Under the pieces are notes generated by a model. It had not been told where the DNA came from. It did not search any database and worked only from the letters and a program-made list of their open reading frames with translations. This document shows, piece by piece, positions 9,175 to 19,499 of a DNA stretch of 56,838 nt; within the stretch, counting starts at the first letter, position 1, and every line of letters starts with the position of its first letter. Origin of the DNA: Cyanophyceae cyanobacterium (lineage in GTDB: Bacteria > Cyanobacteriota > Cyanobacteriia > Cyanobacteriales > Laspinemataceae); assembly GCA_038321985.1 (NCBI GenBank), contig JBBQFN010000034.1, forward strand, positions 1-56,838, in the 5' to 3' direction. Made by a program: the position numbers and the translations under genes.

Positions 9175-10113
9175 CTATTGATTTCGAAACTGATTCCCAA
9201 AATCTTCTAAGAGCAAGTCGAAGTTGATCTGTGGAATGAATTGGTTATCAAAGCTTTGGAAGCGGATCCCTGTATCTTTGTAAACCAGGTACTCTCCAAA
9301 GGTAATGCTACCGTACCGGCCAAATTGGGCGGATTCGAGGGCAGACAGGAGTGAACCAGCCAAGTTGCTGCGATCGAGACGGAAGACCATGAATTGTAGT
9401 CTTGCCGCGCTCAGGCGATCGAAGATAGCCACAGCATCGCCTGGGTTGGTAGTCCGTAGCACCACACTCGCTAAACTGGTGCTGTTATACCCTTCTAACA
9501 ATCCAACTCCACCTCTGGCAAAAGCAGCTTCAGCCGCATTCAGAATGGCTAGAGTGTTAGGCTTGGTGAGTGCAGCCTGGACCAGAGGAGTCCGCACCAA
9601 CTGACCTAAAGGAATCCCTAGGCGGTTAGCCAGCCCTTGCAAGAAGCCTAAGACGTCCGTGGGGATGCCTGGAAATCCTCCTGGGTCTGGAGTCACCCCT
9701 GGAGGGGGAGTCACCCCTGGAGGGGGAGTCACTCCTGGAGGCGGAGTCTGGACTGGAGGGGGAGTCACTCCTGGAGGAGGAGTCTGGACTGGCGGCGGAG
9801 TCACCCCTGGAGGAGGAGTCTGGACTGGCGGCGGAGTCACCCCTGGAGGAGTCTGGACTGGCGGTGGCGGAGTCGGCGTCGGATCCGTCGGTGTTGGCGG
9901 CGGCGCTACTGGTGTTCCGATCGGGACCGCAGGGGTAATCGGATCTGGCGGTATAATCACAGTTCCAGGTGACTGGGGGCCTGGAGATCCAGCCTGACCA
10001 TTCGCCGGTTCCGCGACTGAGATCGAGATCGCAGAGGCAGTAGCCGCAAGACCTACAAATAAGAGGCGGCTACTAGATGATTTAAGTTTCGAGAATCGCT
10101 GTTTTCCGTTCAT
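9175..10113 (-). CDS. Putative secreted Pro/Thr-rich repeat protein with an unknown C-terminal domain
   Basis: From ATG 10113: basic N-region, hydrophobic core, AEPANG signal-peptide-like end, (V/Q)TPPPG repeats and a ~160-aa C-domain. The ORF track extends upstream to 10269. Confidence 0.7.
   Translation of the reverse strand: MNGKQRFSKLKSSSSRLLFVGLAATASAISISVAEPANGQAGSPGPQSPGTVIIPPDPITPAVPIGTPVAPPPTPTDPTPTPPPPVQTPPGVTPPPVQTPPPGVTPPPVQTPPPGVTPPPVQTPPPGVTPPPGVTPPPGVTPDPGGFPGIPTDVLGFLQGLANRLGIPLGQLVRTPLVQAALTKPNTLAILNAAEAAFARGGVGLLEGYNSTSLASVVLRTTNPGDAVAIFDRLSAARLQFMVFRLDRSNLAGSLLSALESAQFGRYGSITFGEYLVYKDTGIRFQSFDNQFIPQINFDLLLEDFGNQFRNQ
9689..9875 (-). repeat. Coding tandem repeat (VTPPPG / VQTPPP units)
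   Basis: Repeated GGAGTCACCCCTGGAGG and GGAGTCTGGACTGG blocks. Confidence 0.9.
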
Positions 10114-10652
10114 ATAACCACATCCCGCGAAAATACCCAACTCAAAAAAGCTGGGAGGAAGCGATGCGGGTATAGCCGCTTCCTGTGGACAGTTGGCACT
10201 CATAATTGGAGCACCGAGAGTTCTGAAATTAAACCCTAACCGACTGCCCATCAACGTTGACGCAAACACTCCCTAGAGTCTTGGATACAAGACCTCTACC
10301 ATCTGGATCGCTTCAATCCCCGAAAAGGAGATGAAGTGGCTAGCTGATTTTAACCCTACCACCCTAGCTCATGATGGGAACATCAGCGGAGTGATAGGAT
10401 TAAAGATTGAGGCTGACTTAATGTCATATTTTGCCAGGGGTCTGTTACTTGGTGAGTCAAAGACTTGAGAGGTAGCTAATTTAATTCCCACTTTGACTGC
10501 ATCAGGTATTTGAAAACACCCATTTACCCTTTATCCGCGATTACCCAACCTGTTCATTGTTTGGATAATGCATTTTTGTTTTATCGTACCTAAAGGTGTC
10601 TGTGCATTTTTCGCTATCTCCAAAAAGGAGAGAAGAACGACTGCACTGTTGT

Positions 10653-12578
10653 TTAAAAAGAAATGCCGTAGACTATACTCAAATTTAAGCGCACCCCATC
10701 ACCGGCGTTACCTGTTAAGTCATTGAGGCCAAAGCTAGCAACCAAGGGAATCCTTTTAAAGGGTACCACAGATAAGCCCATTGTCAAGTCTTGTCCGGTC
10801 CACTCGGCGATCGCATGAGCCTGGGAACCCATCGATGTTGCAAAGCTACCAAAGACATTCAATTGCGTGCCACCTAATTCATCGGTGGGGTCGATATTAC
10901 TCTCCGTGCGGAAGACACCATTGCCAACCCCGAGGGTCACAAACCCTAGACTAAAAGGTTTTTCAATATCTTCATCAAAAATCAGGACCTTACTCACCGA
11001 ACTATAGAAACTGCGCCCCGTATCACTGGCGGCATCCATCCAATCTACGAGATTGATTACCCCGGCGGAAATAGAATAATTGTTGGGGAGTACCCGACTG
11101 GCTTGGACGTTAATACTCCCTGCACCCAGATTATCTGTTGCCCCCCGATCATTAGACAACCCTGTAAGTGCTAAGCTGACATCGAAGCCGACTGCCTCTT
11201 GGGGATCTCCCAAGCCGATCGAGACGGAGAGTGCCCCATCTTCGGAGGTAAAACGATTTCGGTTGTTAAATTGGGCCCCAATCCCGATATTACCCCAACC
11301 CCCACCAAACCCCGGGGGATTATTGAGAGTAATTCCCGGAAAGTTACCGGGCGCTCCCAACGCTCTGGCGATCCGTTGGAGTTGCCTGCTGCTTAATGAG
11401 TCAAGAAAACTCAGCAAAACCTGAACTTCCCGGGAAGCTAAGATAATGTCTCCCTCGGTTTCAGCTTGGCGACGTTGCAGGATTTCGGTTAACTCTTCCA
11501 CCTGCCGGAGTTGCTCAGGGGTGAGGTTCTGTTCTCGGGCTGAGTCTAAAACGATCAGGAGTTCGGCGACTTCTTCGGGAGTAAAGCTACGCGGGGTTAG
11601 CTGTGTTGATGAGTCGATATTTTGTTCAATTTGAGCCAGTTCTTCCTCACTCAGGGATTCGATTAAATTTTGCAGCTGTTGCGATCGCTCGGGAGAGAGT
11701 ACCACAACCAGATCCCCTTTTGCCTGTAAATTCTCAAGTTCCTGGATTAAACCTTGGATTTCTTGTCTTTGTTGGGACCTTATGTTTAACCGTTGGATGA
11801 TCCCTAAAAACGAGACAAATTCTTGTACCGTGGCGCGATCCAAGCGAGTCCCCTGGGCTAGCTGCACCCCTACGGCCGATTGGATCTGAGCGCGTTCTTG
11901 TTGAGTCAAGGACTCAATCACGGTGAGCACCAGTTGGGTTTGTTGGGGAGATAGAATTGCTTGGGGCTGCCCCTGTGCCTGAATTTGCTCTAACTCTTGA
12001 ATTAGGACTGAAATTTCTTGAGTTTGTTGGGGTCGGAGTCGGGCCTGTTGAATTCCCCGCAGGATTAATAAAATTTCAGAAATCTCTTCTTGGGTGAATA
12101 AACCCACTTGCACTTCAGGTAAATCCAGTGATTCCTGAATCTGGGTGATTTCTGGGGCTGTTAAAGAAGTCAGAAACCCGCGAACTTGTTGCGCTTGGGT
12201 AGAAGAGAGGACAACCTGGGGCTGCTCTTGAGCGCTGAGTTGTTCTAATTCGCCAATCAGGGATTGGAGTTCCTGAGTTTGTTGGGGCCTTAGTCGTTGC
12301 CGTTGGATTTCTCGCAGCAATAAAAGGAGCTGTTCGAGTTCTCTTTGGGTGTAGCTAACCACTACCTCCGGTTGGGGAGAAGTGGGTGGAACAGGTCTGG
12401 TATTCTGTTTGCTGTTGGGCAATTGAGCAGACTGTCCCGTGGTGTTCAGGCCCTGGACGGGTTGAGGATTGGCTAAACTTAATCCTGACGGTAGCACAAT
12501 CGCTACACTAATACCGGCCAGCAAACTCAGACGCAATGCAAGCTGATTTAAGAACACACCTAAAACTCCCCATACCAT
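10653..12578 (-). CDS. Putative outer-membrane beta-barrel protein with four N-terminal ~85-aa helical repeats
   Basis: Signal peptide, Q/E/L-rich repeats, and a C-terminal ~230 aa of alternating beta-strand pattern ending YGISF (BAM-type terminal Phe). Confidence 0.7.
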   Translation of the reverse strand: MVWGVLGVFLNQLALRLSLLAGISVAIVLPSGLSLANPQPVQGLNTTGQSAQLPNSKQNTRPVPPTSPQPEVVVSYTQRELEQLLLLLREIQRQRLRPQQTQELQSLIGELEQLSAQEQPQVVLSSTQAQQVRGFLTSLTAPEITQIQESLDLPEVQVGLFTQEEISEILLILRGIQQARLRPQQTQEISVLIQELEQIQAQGQPQAILSPQQTQLVLTVIESLTQQERAQIQSAVGVQLAQGTRLDRATVQEFVSFLGIIQRLNIRSQQRQEIQGLIQELENLQAKGDLVVVLSPERSQQLQNLIESLSEEELAQIEQNIDSSTQLTPRSFTPEEVAELLIVLDSAREQNLTPEQLRQVEELTEILQRRQAETEGDIILASREVQVLLSFLDSLSSRQLQRIARALGAPGNFPGITLNNPPGFGGGWGNIGIGAQFNNRNRFTSEDGALSVSIGLGDPQEAVGFDVSLALTGLSNDRGATDNLGAGSINVQASRVLPNNYSISAGVINLVDWMDAASDTGRSFYSSVSKVLIFDEDIEKPFSLGFVTLGVGNGVFRTESNIDPTDELGGTQLNVFGSFATSMGSQAHAIAEWTGQDLTMGLSVVPFKRIPLVASFGLNDLTGNAGDGVRLNLSIVYGISF

Positions 12579-13284
12579 GTTTAAACAAGTATCCAGTGAA
12601 CCACATGGGTCTCCGGAAATACAAGCCTTTCTTATCTAAAAATCGTAAAACCTAGCTCCCACAGGTGCTTCAGCTTAACGTTCGGTGACGCTCATCCACA
12701 ATACCATTGTTCCCGCTCTTCAACACACTGGCTTATTTTATCGGACTTTTTAGAATTTTTAAACCCTAAAAGAGCCCTGAATAATTAAGACGCAAAAAAG
12801 GGTTTGAAGATTGCTGAATGCAAAGGTCAGATTCAATTTTTGGATCCTTTTCAAGAGCCATTAATCAGAATTTTTGCAAAACTCTGAAAAGCCCCTCTTC
12901 TTGTCATGGTTTCTTGATATTGGGGAACTTTTGAGGAGAAAGTCTGCTGCTTTTCCAGCAGATTTGGAAGAATTTATTCTGACTTCGGCTAGCCTTCTGT
13001 TCAGCGAGGCTATCTATAATTTTTTAATTTTTTTAGATTAAAACATCGCCAATGGTCTAAACACCTAGGATAAAATTAAAACCAAGTTTATTAAAAACTG
13101 AGGGTCTATTGGGGAAAATTTTCCGCAAAATTAGGATCAAAAATGGGAGTTGTGGCGCTGGACTCTAGCCGGGAATATAGGGGCTTAAATACAAGAATTT
13201 AGATCCCCTATAGAGGGAACTGTGTCCTCTGAGGGTAAAAAGGGTGGTGTAAATCTAGGTGGGAGTGAACCCCCCCCAAAGCCA

Positions 13285-15471
13285 TTACCGCCTGGTACGG
13301 GTGGGTATTTTCGGGGGATTGCTTTCTATTGATTCAAGCTGCGGGGTGTGGGGATTTTTGGGCAGGTTTAAAGGTTGTTTGTGGGGATGGCTTTCTGGTA
13401 GGTGGACGGGAATATCAGCTCCATTAATTAGAGAGCCTAAGAGTTGGACTGTTTCTGATTCCGTTAGGGGTTCAACATATTCGGTTAACATTCCACCTTG
13501 AGTATATAGGGGGCGGGTGATGAGAATCATGCCATCGCTGAAGGGTTCTAGTAAAAATGCATCGTTGTTGACACTCAGTGCAGGAGAGTCCAAAATCACT
13601 AAATCAAAACGAACTTTAGCATCTTCAAGGAGTCGCCGGAATTCGTTGGATTCGATCGCTGCTGCACTGTTTTTGAGAGGCCCTGCACTGGGAACAACGT
13701 ACAGGTTTTCAATTTCCGGCGCGAGGCGAATGCATTGGTTGAACTGTCCATAGTAGCGGAGGGGTTCGAGGTTGGCATCGGGTTCGATCGCCACTTGCAG
13801 GATCCCCGCTTGGGAGGGCGATCGCAGATCAGCTTCAATGAGTAAGGTCCGCTTGCCCGCACGCGCTGCGGCGATCGCCAAATTATAAGCACAAAAAGTT
13901 TTGCCTTCTTTAGGAGCCACACTGGTAATCAACAGGACCTTAGGCGCTTTTTCTCCAATCCGCAATAAATTACTGCGAATCTTTTCATAAAACTCTAAAT
14001 AAGGAGAATCCGGGTCCACCAAAATCGGCATTTCGTAACCCTGGAACTCCCCGGAAAAGACCTCGGGGACAATTCCCAAAATGCGGAGGTCCTGTTGCTG
14101 CAAAGCGCCGCGTACTTCCTCCATCGTATAAAACTTTCCTTCTAGCAAAGAGAGCGCAAAAATTACAGCATTCCCAACTAAGATGCCAACCACCCCCCCG
14201 ACTGCCAAAATCAGCGCAGGGGGTTGGGTGCTCACTTCGTTTTTACTAACCGATGCTTCTTGTGCCACGCTCAAACTGCTCGACGTTTCAGCTTCAGCCG
14301 CTTTCGCATCCGCCAACGCTTGCTGCATTTTACTGTAGAGGTTTTGCTTGAGTTCCACCTGCTGAAGTAATCGTCCTCTCTCAAGCTGTTTGTTCGGCAG
14401 AGTCTGATAATCCTGCTGCAATTGTTGTTCCGTTTGCCCTAAAGAATTCAATTGCTGGACCCAGGTTTGCCGCTGGGTTTGTAAATTTACCAAAGTTTGA
14501 GCTAACTGCTGCCTTGCCGGGTCGAGACTGCTGTCCTTGCGAATTTGGGCGCTATTCATTAACGGGGCAGCCATTCCCCCCCCACCAATCACTTCTGTCG
14601 CTCGTCGCTCCAACAATTCGTTGTAGGAGTCTTCTTGTTTTTGCAACTCAACCATCTGGGGATGGAGCGGGCGGAAATCTTTACTGAGGAGTTCGCGCTG
14701 GGACTCAATTTGATGGAGGGCCGCTCTCAATTGAGCAATAATCGGGTCGGCACTGAGGGCTTGGGAGACGTAGGCTTGATCCGCTGTCAATCCTAGGCGT
14801 TGTTCTAAGCTGGCAAGCTGGGCATCGAGACCTTCTAACTGTAGGCGGATTTCCCGCTGCTGATTTTGACTGGAGACGATCGCCCCAGCTAATCCCCCAC
14901 TTTTGGCCGCTAAGATTGCCACCGCCTCTTCCCGTTCGTACTCTTCGAGTTTCTGTTCAACTTCGCGCAATTCCGCCAGGGCTTCAGGCAATCGGTCCTC
15001 AATCGTATCAATCATCCGTCGCAGTGCCGCCGTATTAATCATCCGGCTGAGTTCGATCATCGCTCCCATCAGCTCTTGGATGGTGGCTTGGGCTGTTTCA
15101 CTCTTAGGATGGCTATAACCGAGTTCAATTTGGGGCGGTCCATCGGGTTTCGGCGCTTTAAAATATACACCCCGAGCTAAATCCTTGGGCTCTTCATTCA
15201 CCTTTGCTCCCACCGCCGTCAAAATATTTTCACCGAGCAGAAGCTCTTTGGGAAGTAGTTTGCCCTGTTCTTGAATTTGGCTTCCCGTTGTCGAGAATGT
15301 TACCGGGGGTGTGGTGTAGGTAAGCACGCCCTTGGCTCGATAGGTCACGGGTGGAGGAGGTTGGATCGCCACTAATCCTGCCCCGCCCAAGGTTAGGACA
15401 AAAGCAGCGAAGCCAAACCATTTGTATTTACCAAAAGCGATCGCGTAGCGCTTGAGAATGGGTAGAGCCAT
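13285..15471 (-). CDS. Wzc/GumC-like polysaccharide co-polymerase with BY-kinase P-loop domain
   Basis: Two TM segments flank a coiled coil, followed by SVAPKEGKT, LLIEADLRSP and VILDSP. Confidence 0.9.
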   Translation of the reverse strand: MALPILKRYAIAFGKYKWFGFAAFVLTLGGAGLVAIQPPPPVTYRAKGVLTYTTPPVTFSTTGSQIQEQGKLLPKELLLGENILTAVGAKVNEEPKDLARGVYFKAPKPDGPPQIELGYSHPKSETAQATIQELMGAMIELSRMINTAALRRMIDTIEDRLPEALAELREVEQKLEEYEREEAVAILAAKSGGLAGAIVSSQNQQREIRLQLEGLDAQLASLEQRLGLTADQAYVSQALSADPIIAQLRAALHQIESQRELLSKDFRPLHPQMVELQKQEDSYNELLERRATEVIGGGGMAAPLMNSAQIRKDSSLDPARQQLAQTLVNLQTQRQTWVQQLNSLGQTEQQLQQDYQTLPNKQLERGRLLQQVELKQNLYSKMQQALADAKAAEAETSSSLSVAQEASVSKNEVSTQPPALILAVGGVVGILVGNAVIFALSLLEGKFYTMEEVRGALQQQDLRILGIVPEVFSGEFQGYEMPILVDPDSPYLEFYEKIRSNLLRIGEKAPKVLLITSVAPKEGKTFCAYNLAIAAARAGKRTLLIEADLRSPSQAGILQVAIEPDANLEPLRYYGQFNQCIRLAPEIENLYVVPSAGPLKNSAAAIESNEFRRLLEDAKVRFDLVILDSPALSVNNDAFLLEPFSDGMILITRPLYTQGGMLTEYVEPLTESETVQLLGSLINGADIPVHLPESHPHKQPLNLPKNPHTPQLESIESNPPKIPTRTRR

Positions 15472-15738
15472 GATTCGGAATAGGGTGAAGGATTAAGGCG
15501 GAAGGATAAAGGCGGAAACATCAACAGAATTCCCCCAATTCATCCTTAATTTTTTATAGTAGCGAGTCTAACTGAATTGAATTATTTTTCAAAGGAGTGG
15601 GAAGCGTCTAATCTCCCGACTTACGACTCCCGGTGCCAGGGCGTTAGACTCTCGCCCTCCTCAATTTTAGGATTAATTTGATTTAGACACACTCTGGTTC
15701 CTGTGTCCTGATTGTACCATAAACCTGGCCGGGGCTGA

Positions 15739-18528
15739 TTAATTATCCTCGTTATCACCACCGGGTCCAAAGAGCAGTGTGGCACTATCTCGCAATGAAT
15801 CAAAAAACAGTAAAAATCCTAGAACATCGCGGAAGGGTTGAGTAAAGGTACTGAGCGCATAGGTGATTTTTCCGACTAGATTGCGACCAATGACAATCAC
15901 ATCATTATTTTCTAACGGAACATTTTGGGCCATGTCCCCGCGCAAGAGTTCTTGGGCATTGATTTCTAGAGTTACTGCTTTACCCTGTTCGGGATCAAAG
16001 CGGATCAAGGCAATATTGTCGAGGTCTGCACTCAGCAGGGGAACCGCATTCAGGATATCGGCAAAGGTGCTACCACTTGGGACGGGAACGACATTAATGC
16101 CGCCTCCAGGGTAGCTTAAAATGCGGACAACAATCTGTGGGACGGCTAGGGTTGAGCGAGAGACCAAAACCCGATCGTAATATTCATCGGTGCTGCTTTC
16201 TATTTGAGGAACGAAGACTACATCCCCATTGGCTAACCGGAGTTCGGGAAGTTCGGCCCCAGTCAGCAGAGGAGTGTACAGGTCCAGGATTTCTTCGGAA
16301 ATTGCCCCATTTTCCATCACCCGACGCACCCGAACTGCCCGTAAATCAGCATTAGAAGTAATCCCTCCGGCAACTAACATGGCATCAGCAACAGGACGAT
16401 TAGAAGGGGGAACGGTAAAGAATCCAGGCTGTGCAACTTCTCCGAGGATCGTAATATTGACGGGAATGGCAGCCGCTAGGGTGGATCCGGCCACAATCCG
16501 AGTGTTATATCCGGGGCCCTGATTTAACCCCAATTTGGGGACGATCACCACATCTCCATTTCCTAGGCGCAGATCCGGTAAAGCGGTGCCGGTTTCCAGG
16601 GAGCTATAAAGGTTTACCCGTTCTTCACTGACTGCCCCATTTGCCATCACCCGACAGATGAGGATAGTCCGCAAGTCTGCGGCGGAAGTAATCCCACCGG
16701 CCACCTGCAAAGCTGTGGGAATGGGACTCGGGGTGGGGGGGACGATGTGAAATCCGGGTGTGGCTACTTCTCCGAGGACGGTAATGGCTACGGGCTGTTG
16801 GGCCGCTAGGGTGGAATTAGAGACGGCGGTACTGTTATAAGTCCGGGCTTCTTCTAATCCAAGTTTGGGGACGATGAGTACATCCCCATTGGCTAATCGC
16901 AGGTCTGGGAAGAGGCTCTCACCTTGTAATGAGGACAGTAAATCCATTGATTCTTCGCTGACCCGACCATCGGGCAGAGTGCGCCGCACTCGCACTCCTC
17001 GCAAATCGGCAACGGGAGTGGTGCCGCCGGCGATCTGTAATGCTGTGGGAATAGGGCGGGGGGAAGCCGGAAGGATATAGAATCCGGGCTGAGAGACTTC
17101 TCCGACGATGGTAATGCCGACGGATTGAGGGGTGGTTAAGGTGGAGTTAGAAACGACGTTGTTGTTATAGCTGAAGGCGTCGTTTAAATCGAGGGTGGGG
17201 ACGATGACGATATCGCCATTACCGAGGCGTAGTTCGGGAAAAGGTGCGCCGGTTTGGAGGGGGGAATACAGGTCTACCCTTTCTTCGCTAATTTGTCCAT
17301 CACTCATGACTCGTCGCACCAGGACCGATCGCAGGTCGGCGGCAGGAGTAGATCCACCGGCAATGACTAAGGCATCTTGGAGGGGATTGACGGAGGGAGG
17401 AAGATTATAGAAGCCTGGGCGAGTGACTTCTCCGATGACACGGATAGCAACCGCTTGAGGGGGAGAGAGGCGCGATCGCCCTACGATGTTGCTGTCATTA
17501 ATCTGGGCTTGACTTAAGGATTGCTTGGGGACAATCAGGATATCTCCTTCTTCTAGCAAGATGTCGGGAGGGGGACTGCCTGCTTGCAAGGGAACCAGTA
17601 GGTTGAGGCGTTGCTGCAAGAAGGTTCCATCTCCTACGGGACGTCGGATCAGGATGGAGGTCAGGTCGGATCCCGGGGTGGTTCCACCTACTGCGGCCAG
17701 TATTTCTGAAATTCGGGCATTTTGGGCTGGAAATGCATAAAAACCCGGTTGGGTAACTTCTCCGGTGATGGTAATGTTCACCGGACGTTTAGCAATTAAG
17801 GCGACATTGACTCGGGGATCGACTAAAAATTGATTTAAACCGGCTTGAATGCTTTGTTGAGCTTGTTCGGGGGTTAACCCGGCGATTTCTACGGGTCCTA
17901 ATAACTGCATGACAATTTGGCCTTCGGGATTAACTACTGTTTGAAGGCTGATGTTTTGATAGGGTTGGATATCGATAACGAGCTGATCCCCGGGGGCGAG
18001 TTGATAGGATTGCCTAGGGAATTGGCTAACTGGAATGATGGAGGGGGTCTCTAAGAAGGGGTTGGTTTGAGAGACGGGTGCTGGGGGAGGGGGTGTTGGA
18101 ACCGGCGGGGGCCCTGGGGGGGGCGTCAAGAGTTGCAGGGGGATTGCGGGTTGGGATGTAGAGGAGGGCAATCCTTCTCGGGGTTGGCAAAATTGGCTCG
18201 CTTCCGGGTTAGTGGTCGGGCTAATGGGTCGGAATTGATCTGGAGGCGGGGGCGGGGGAACAGAGGGTCCGGGTTGAATGGAAGGCAAAGATTGGGCCTC
18301 GGAGTTGGCTCTCCCTTGGCCGATCGCCGGGGGTACCGTATTAAAGACTAGACTAAAAACTGCCGCTAGGGGAAGGGCGGTGCTTCCTGTATGTAGCCCT
18401 GCGAGGGTTAAGGCAGTGAGGTGATAAAACCAGCGGACACAGGAGGATTCAATCATGAGGACGGATGACAACAACTGGTGAAGTGGGTGGGGTTCAGAAG
18501 TGGAACAGAGGGTGTCAGGGTGATTCAT
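15739..18528 (-). CDS. Wza-like polysaccharide export protein with an expanded SLBB repeat array (start uncertain)
   Basis: YQLAPGDQL Poly_export domain, then five ~110-aa GEV.QPGFY...AGG.T..ADLR...L.NGDV units and a divergent terminal unit. Confidence 0.9.
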   Translation of the reverse strand: MNHPDTLCSTSEPHPLHQLLSSVLMIESSCVRWFYHLTALTLAGLHTGSTALPLAAVFSLVFNTVPPAIGQGRANSEAQSLPSIQPGPSVPPPPPPDQFRPISPTTNPEASQFCQPREGLPSSTSQPAIPLQLLTPPPGPPPVPTPPPPAPVSQTNPFLETPSIIPVSQFPRQSYQLAPGDQLVIDIQPYQNISLQTVVNPEGQIVMQLLGPVEIAGLTPEQAQQSIQAGLNQFLVDPRVNVALIAKRPVNITITGEVTQPGFYAFPAQNARISEILAAVGGTTPGSDLTSILIRRPVGDGTFLQQRLNLLVPLQAGSPPPDILLEEGDILIVPKQSLSQAQINDSNIVGRSRLSPPQAVAIRVIGEVTRPGFYNLPPSVNPLQDALVIAGGSTPAADLRSVLVRRVMSDGQISEERVDLYSPLQTGAPFPELRLGNGDIVIVPTLDLNDAFSYNNNVVSNSTLTTPQSVGITIVGEVSQPGFYILPASPRPIPTALQIAGGTTPVADLRGVRVRRTLPDGRVSEESMDLLSSLQGESLFPDLRLANGDVLIVPKLGLEEARTYNSTAVSNSTLAAQQPVAITVLGEVATPGFHIVPPTPSPIPTALQVAGGITSAADLRTILICRVMANGAVSEERVNLYSSLETGTALPDLRLGNGDVVIVPKLGLNQGPGYNTRIVAGSTLAAAIPVNITILGEVAQPGFFTVPPSNRPVADAMLVAGGITSNADLRAVRVRRVMENGAISEEILDLYTPLLTGAELPELRLANGDVVFVPQIESSTDEYYDRVLVSRSTLAVPQIVVRILSYPGGGINVVPVPSGSTFADILNAVPLLSADLDNIALIRFDPEQGKAVTLEINAQELLRGDMAQNVPLENNDVIVIGRNLVGKITYALSTFTQPFRDVLGFLLFFDSLRDSATLLFGPGGDNEDN

Positions 18529-18670
18529 TACCCCAGCTTTTTAGGGCAGATGCATATCCAAACAAGGGTTAGCCTCCTCTGCTATAGGCTCTAGGTGCTG
18601 TTTTACCCCAGGTAACCCCATAGATGCGCCAGTGTTGAGGGAAAATTTTTGGTGAGTCCCAAGGAGGGGA

Positions 18671-19432
18671 TTATTCAGTTTTTTGGCTGGACTTAAAAGG
18701 ACCCTGAATTAAAGCCCTTTGGATGTTTTGACTTAAGGATTCAACTAGGGGTCTGACTGATTCTAAATCCCCTAGGGGTTCTATGGGAAGGATAACGTTA
18801 ACGGCGACCCAGGCAAGTCGGTTTCCCTGAAGTTGGGCGAGGCGATCGCGCCAGAACCAGCTAGAAGGGGCGGGATTTCCTCCTGTGGGCCACGCATACC
18901 ATTGGGCGATCGCATAGGTTTGTGTTATCGTCCATCCTCGGAATAATCGCGCTTTTACCTGGACTGTTTGATCGGAGGTGGGGGTGATTTCTGCGGGGGT
19001 TGGGGTGGACTCTGGACTGACCTGAAAAGTCAGCGATCGCTCAAAATCCGTTTTCCACCGCCAATATCCATCCATATCCATCCACTCTACTTGCGGTTGA
19101 TGCATCGGACCGCTTTGATTAAGTAATAACAGACTCGCAATGGGGCGATCGCCCTCCTGAATATCCTGCTGTACCCAATTGCGCCCTGCAATTCTCAAAG
19201 TCCGGGGTGCAGTCGTTTCCCACCCACTCAGTTTTAACCCTGTAGTTGTCAACTCTTTTAAGGGTTTGAGATTGATCAGGTTCGGGGGAGATACCCAGGC
19301 CCATTTTCCATTGAGGTAGCTGGGAACTGCCCCCACCGCGAACAGGACCAACATAAATAACAGTAAAGCAATTCGCGCTAGGGGATAATTCTGGAGGAAT
19401 TTGGGTAAATACATAACTTTCCGCATAGACAT
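18671..19432 (-). CDS. Cyanoexosortase B system-associated protein (EpsI-like)
   Basis: N-terminal TM helix, PQVEWMD and QWYAWPTGG.PAPSSWFW.D motifs; lies directly downstream of the exosortase. Confidence 0.8.
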   Translation of the reverse strand: MSMRKVMYLPKFLQNYPLARIALLLFMLVLFAVGAVPSYLNGKWAWVSPPNLINLKPLKELTTTGLKLSGWETTAPRTLRIAGRNWVQQDIQEGDRPIASLLLLNQSGPMHQPQVEWMDMDGYWRWKTDFERSLTFQVSPESTPTPAEITPTSDQTVQVKARLFRGWTITQTYAIAQWYAWPTGGNPAPSSWFWRDRLAQLQGNRLAWVAVNVILPIEPLGDLESVRPLVESLSQNIQRALIQGPFKSSQKTE

Positions 19433-19499
19433 CTCTAATGGCTCATCCCCGCTTTAGATTTAGATATTCCTCAGCTTTTTAAGAGGGGGAAGTTAGCTA

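Noticed and set aside
9659..9997. Gly-rich + strand ORF (GGGVWT repeats)
   Set aside because: It is the antisense shadow of the Pro-rich repeat in the minus-strand gene, which has a signal peptide.
15863..17740. Series of similar ~71-97 aa + strand ORFs (MGTM...)
   Set aside because: They are antisense shadows of the SLBB repeats of Wza.
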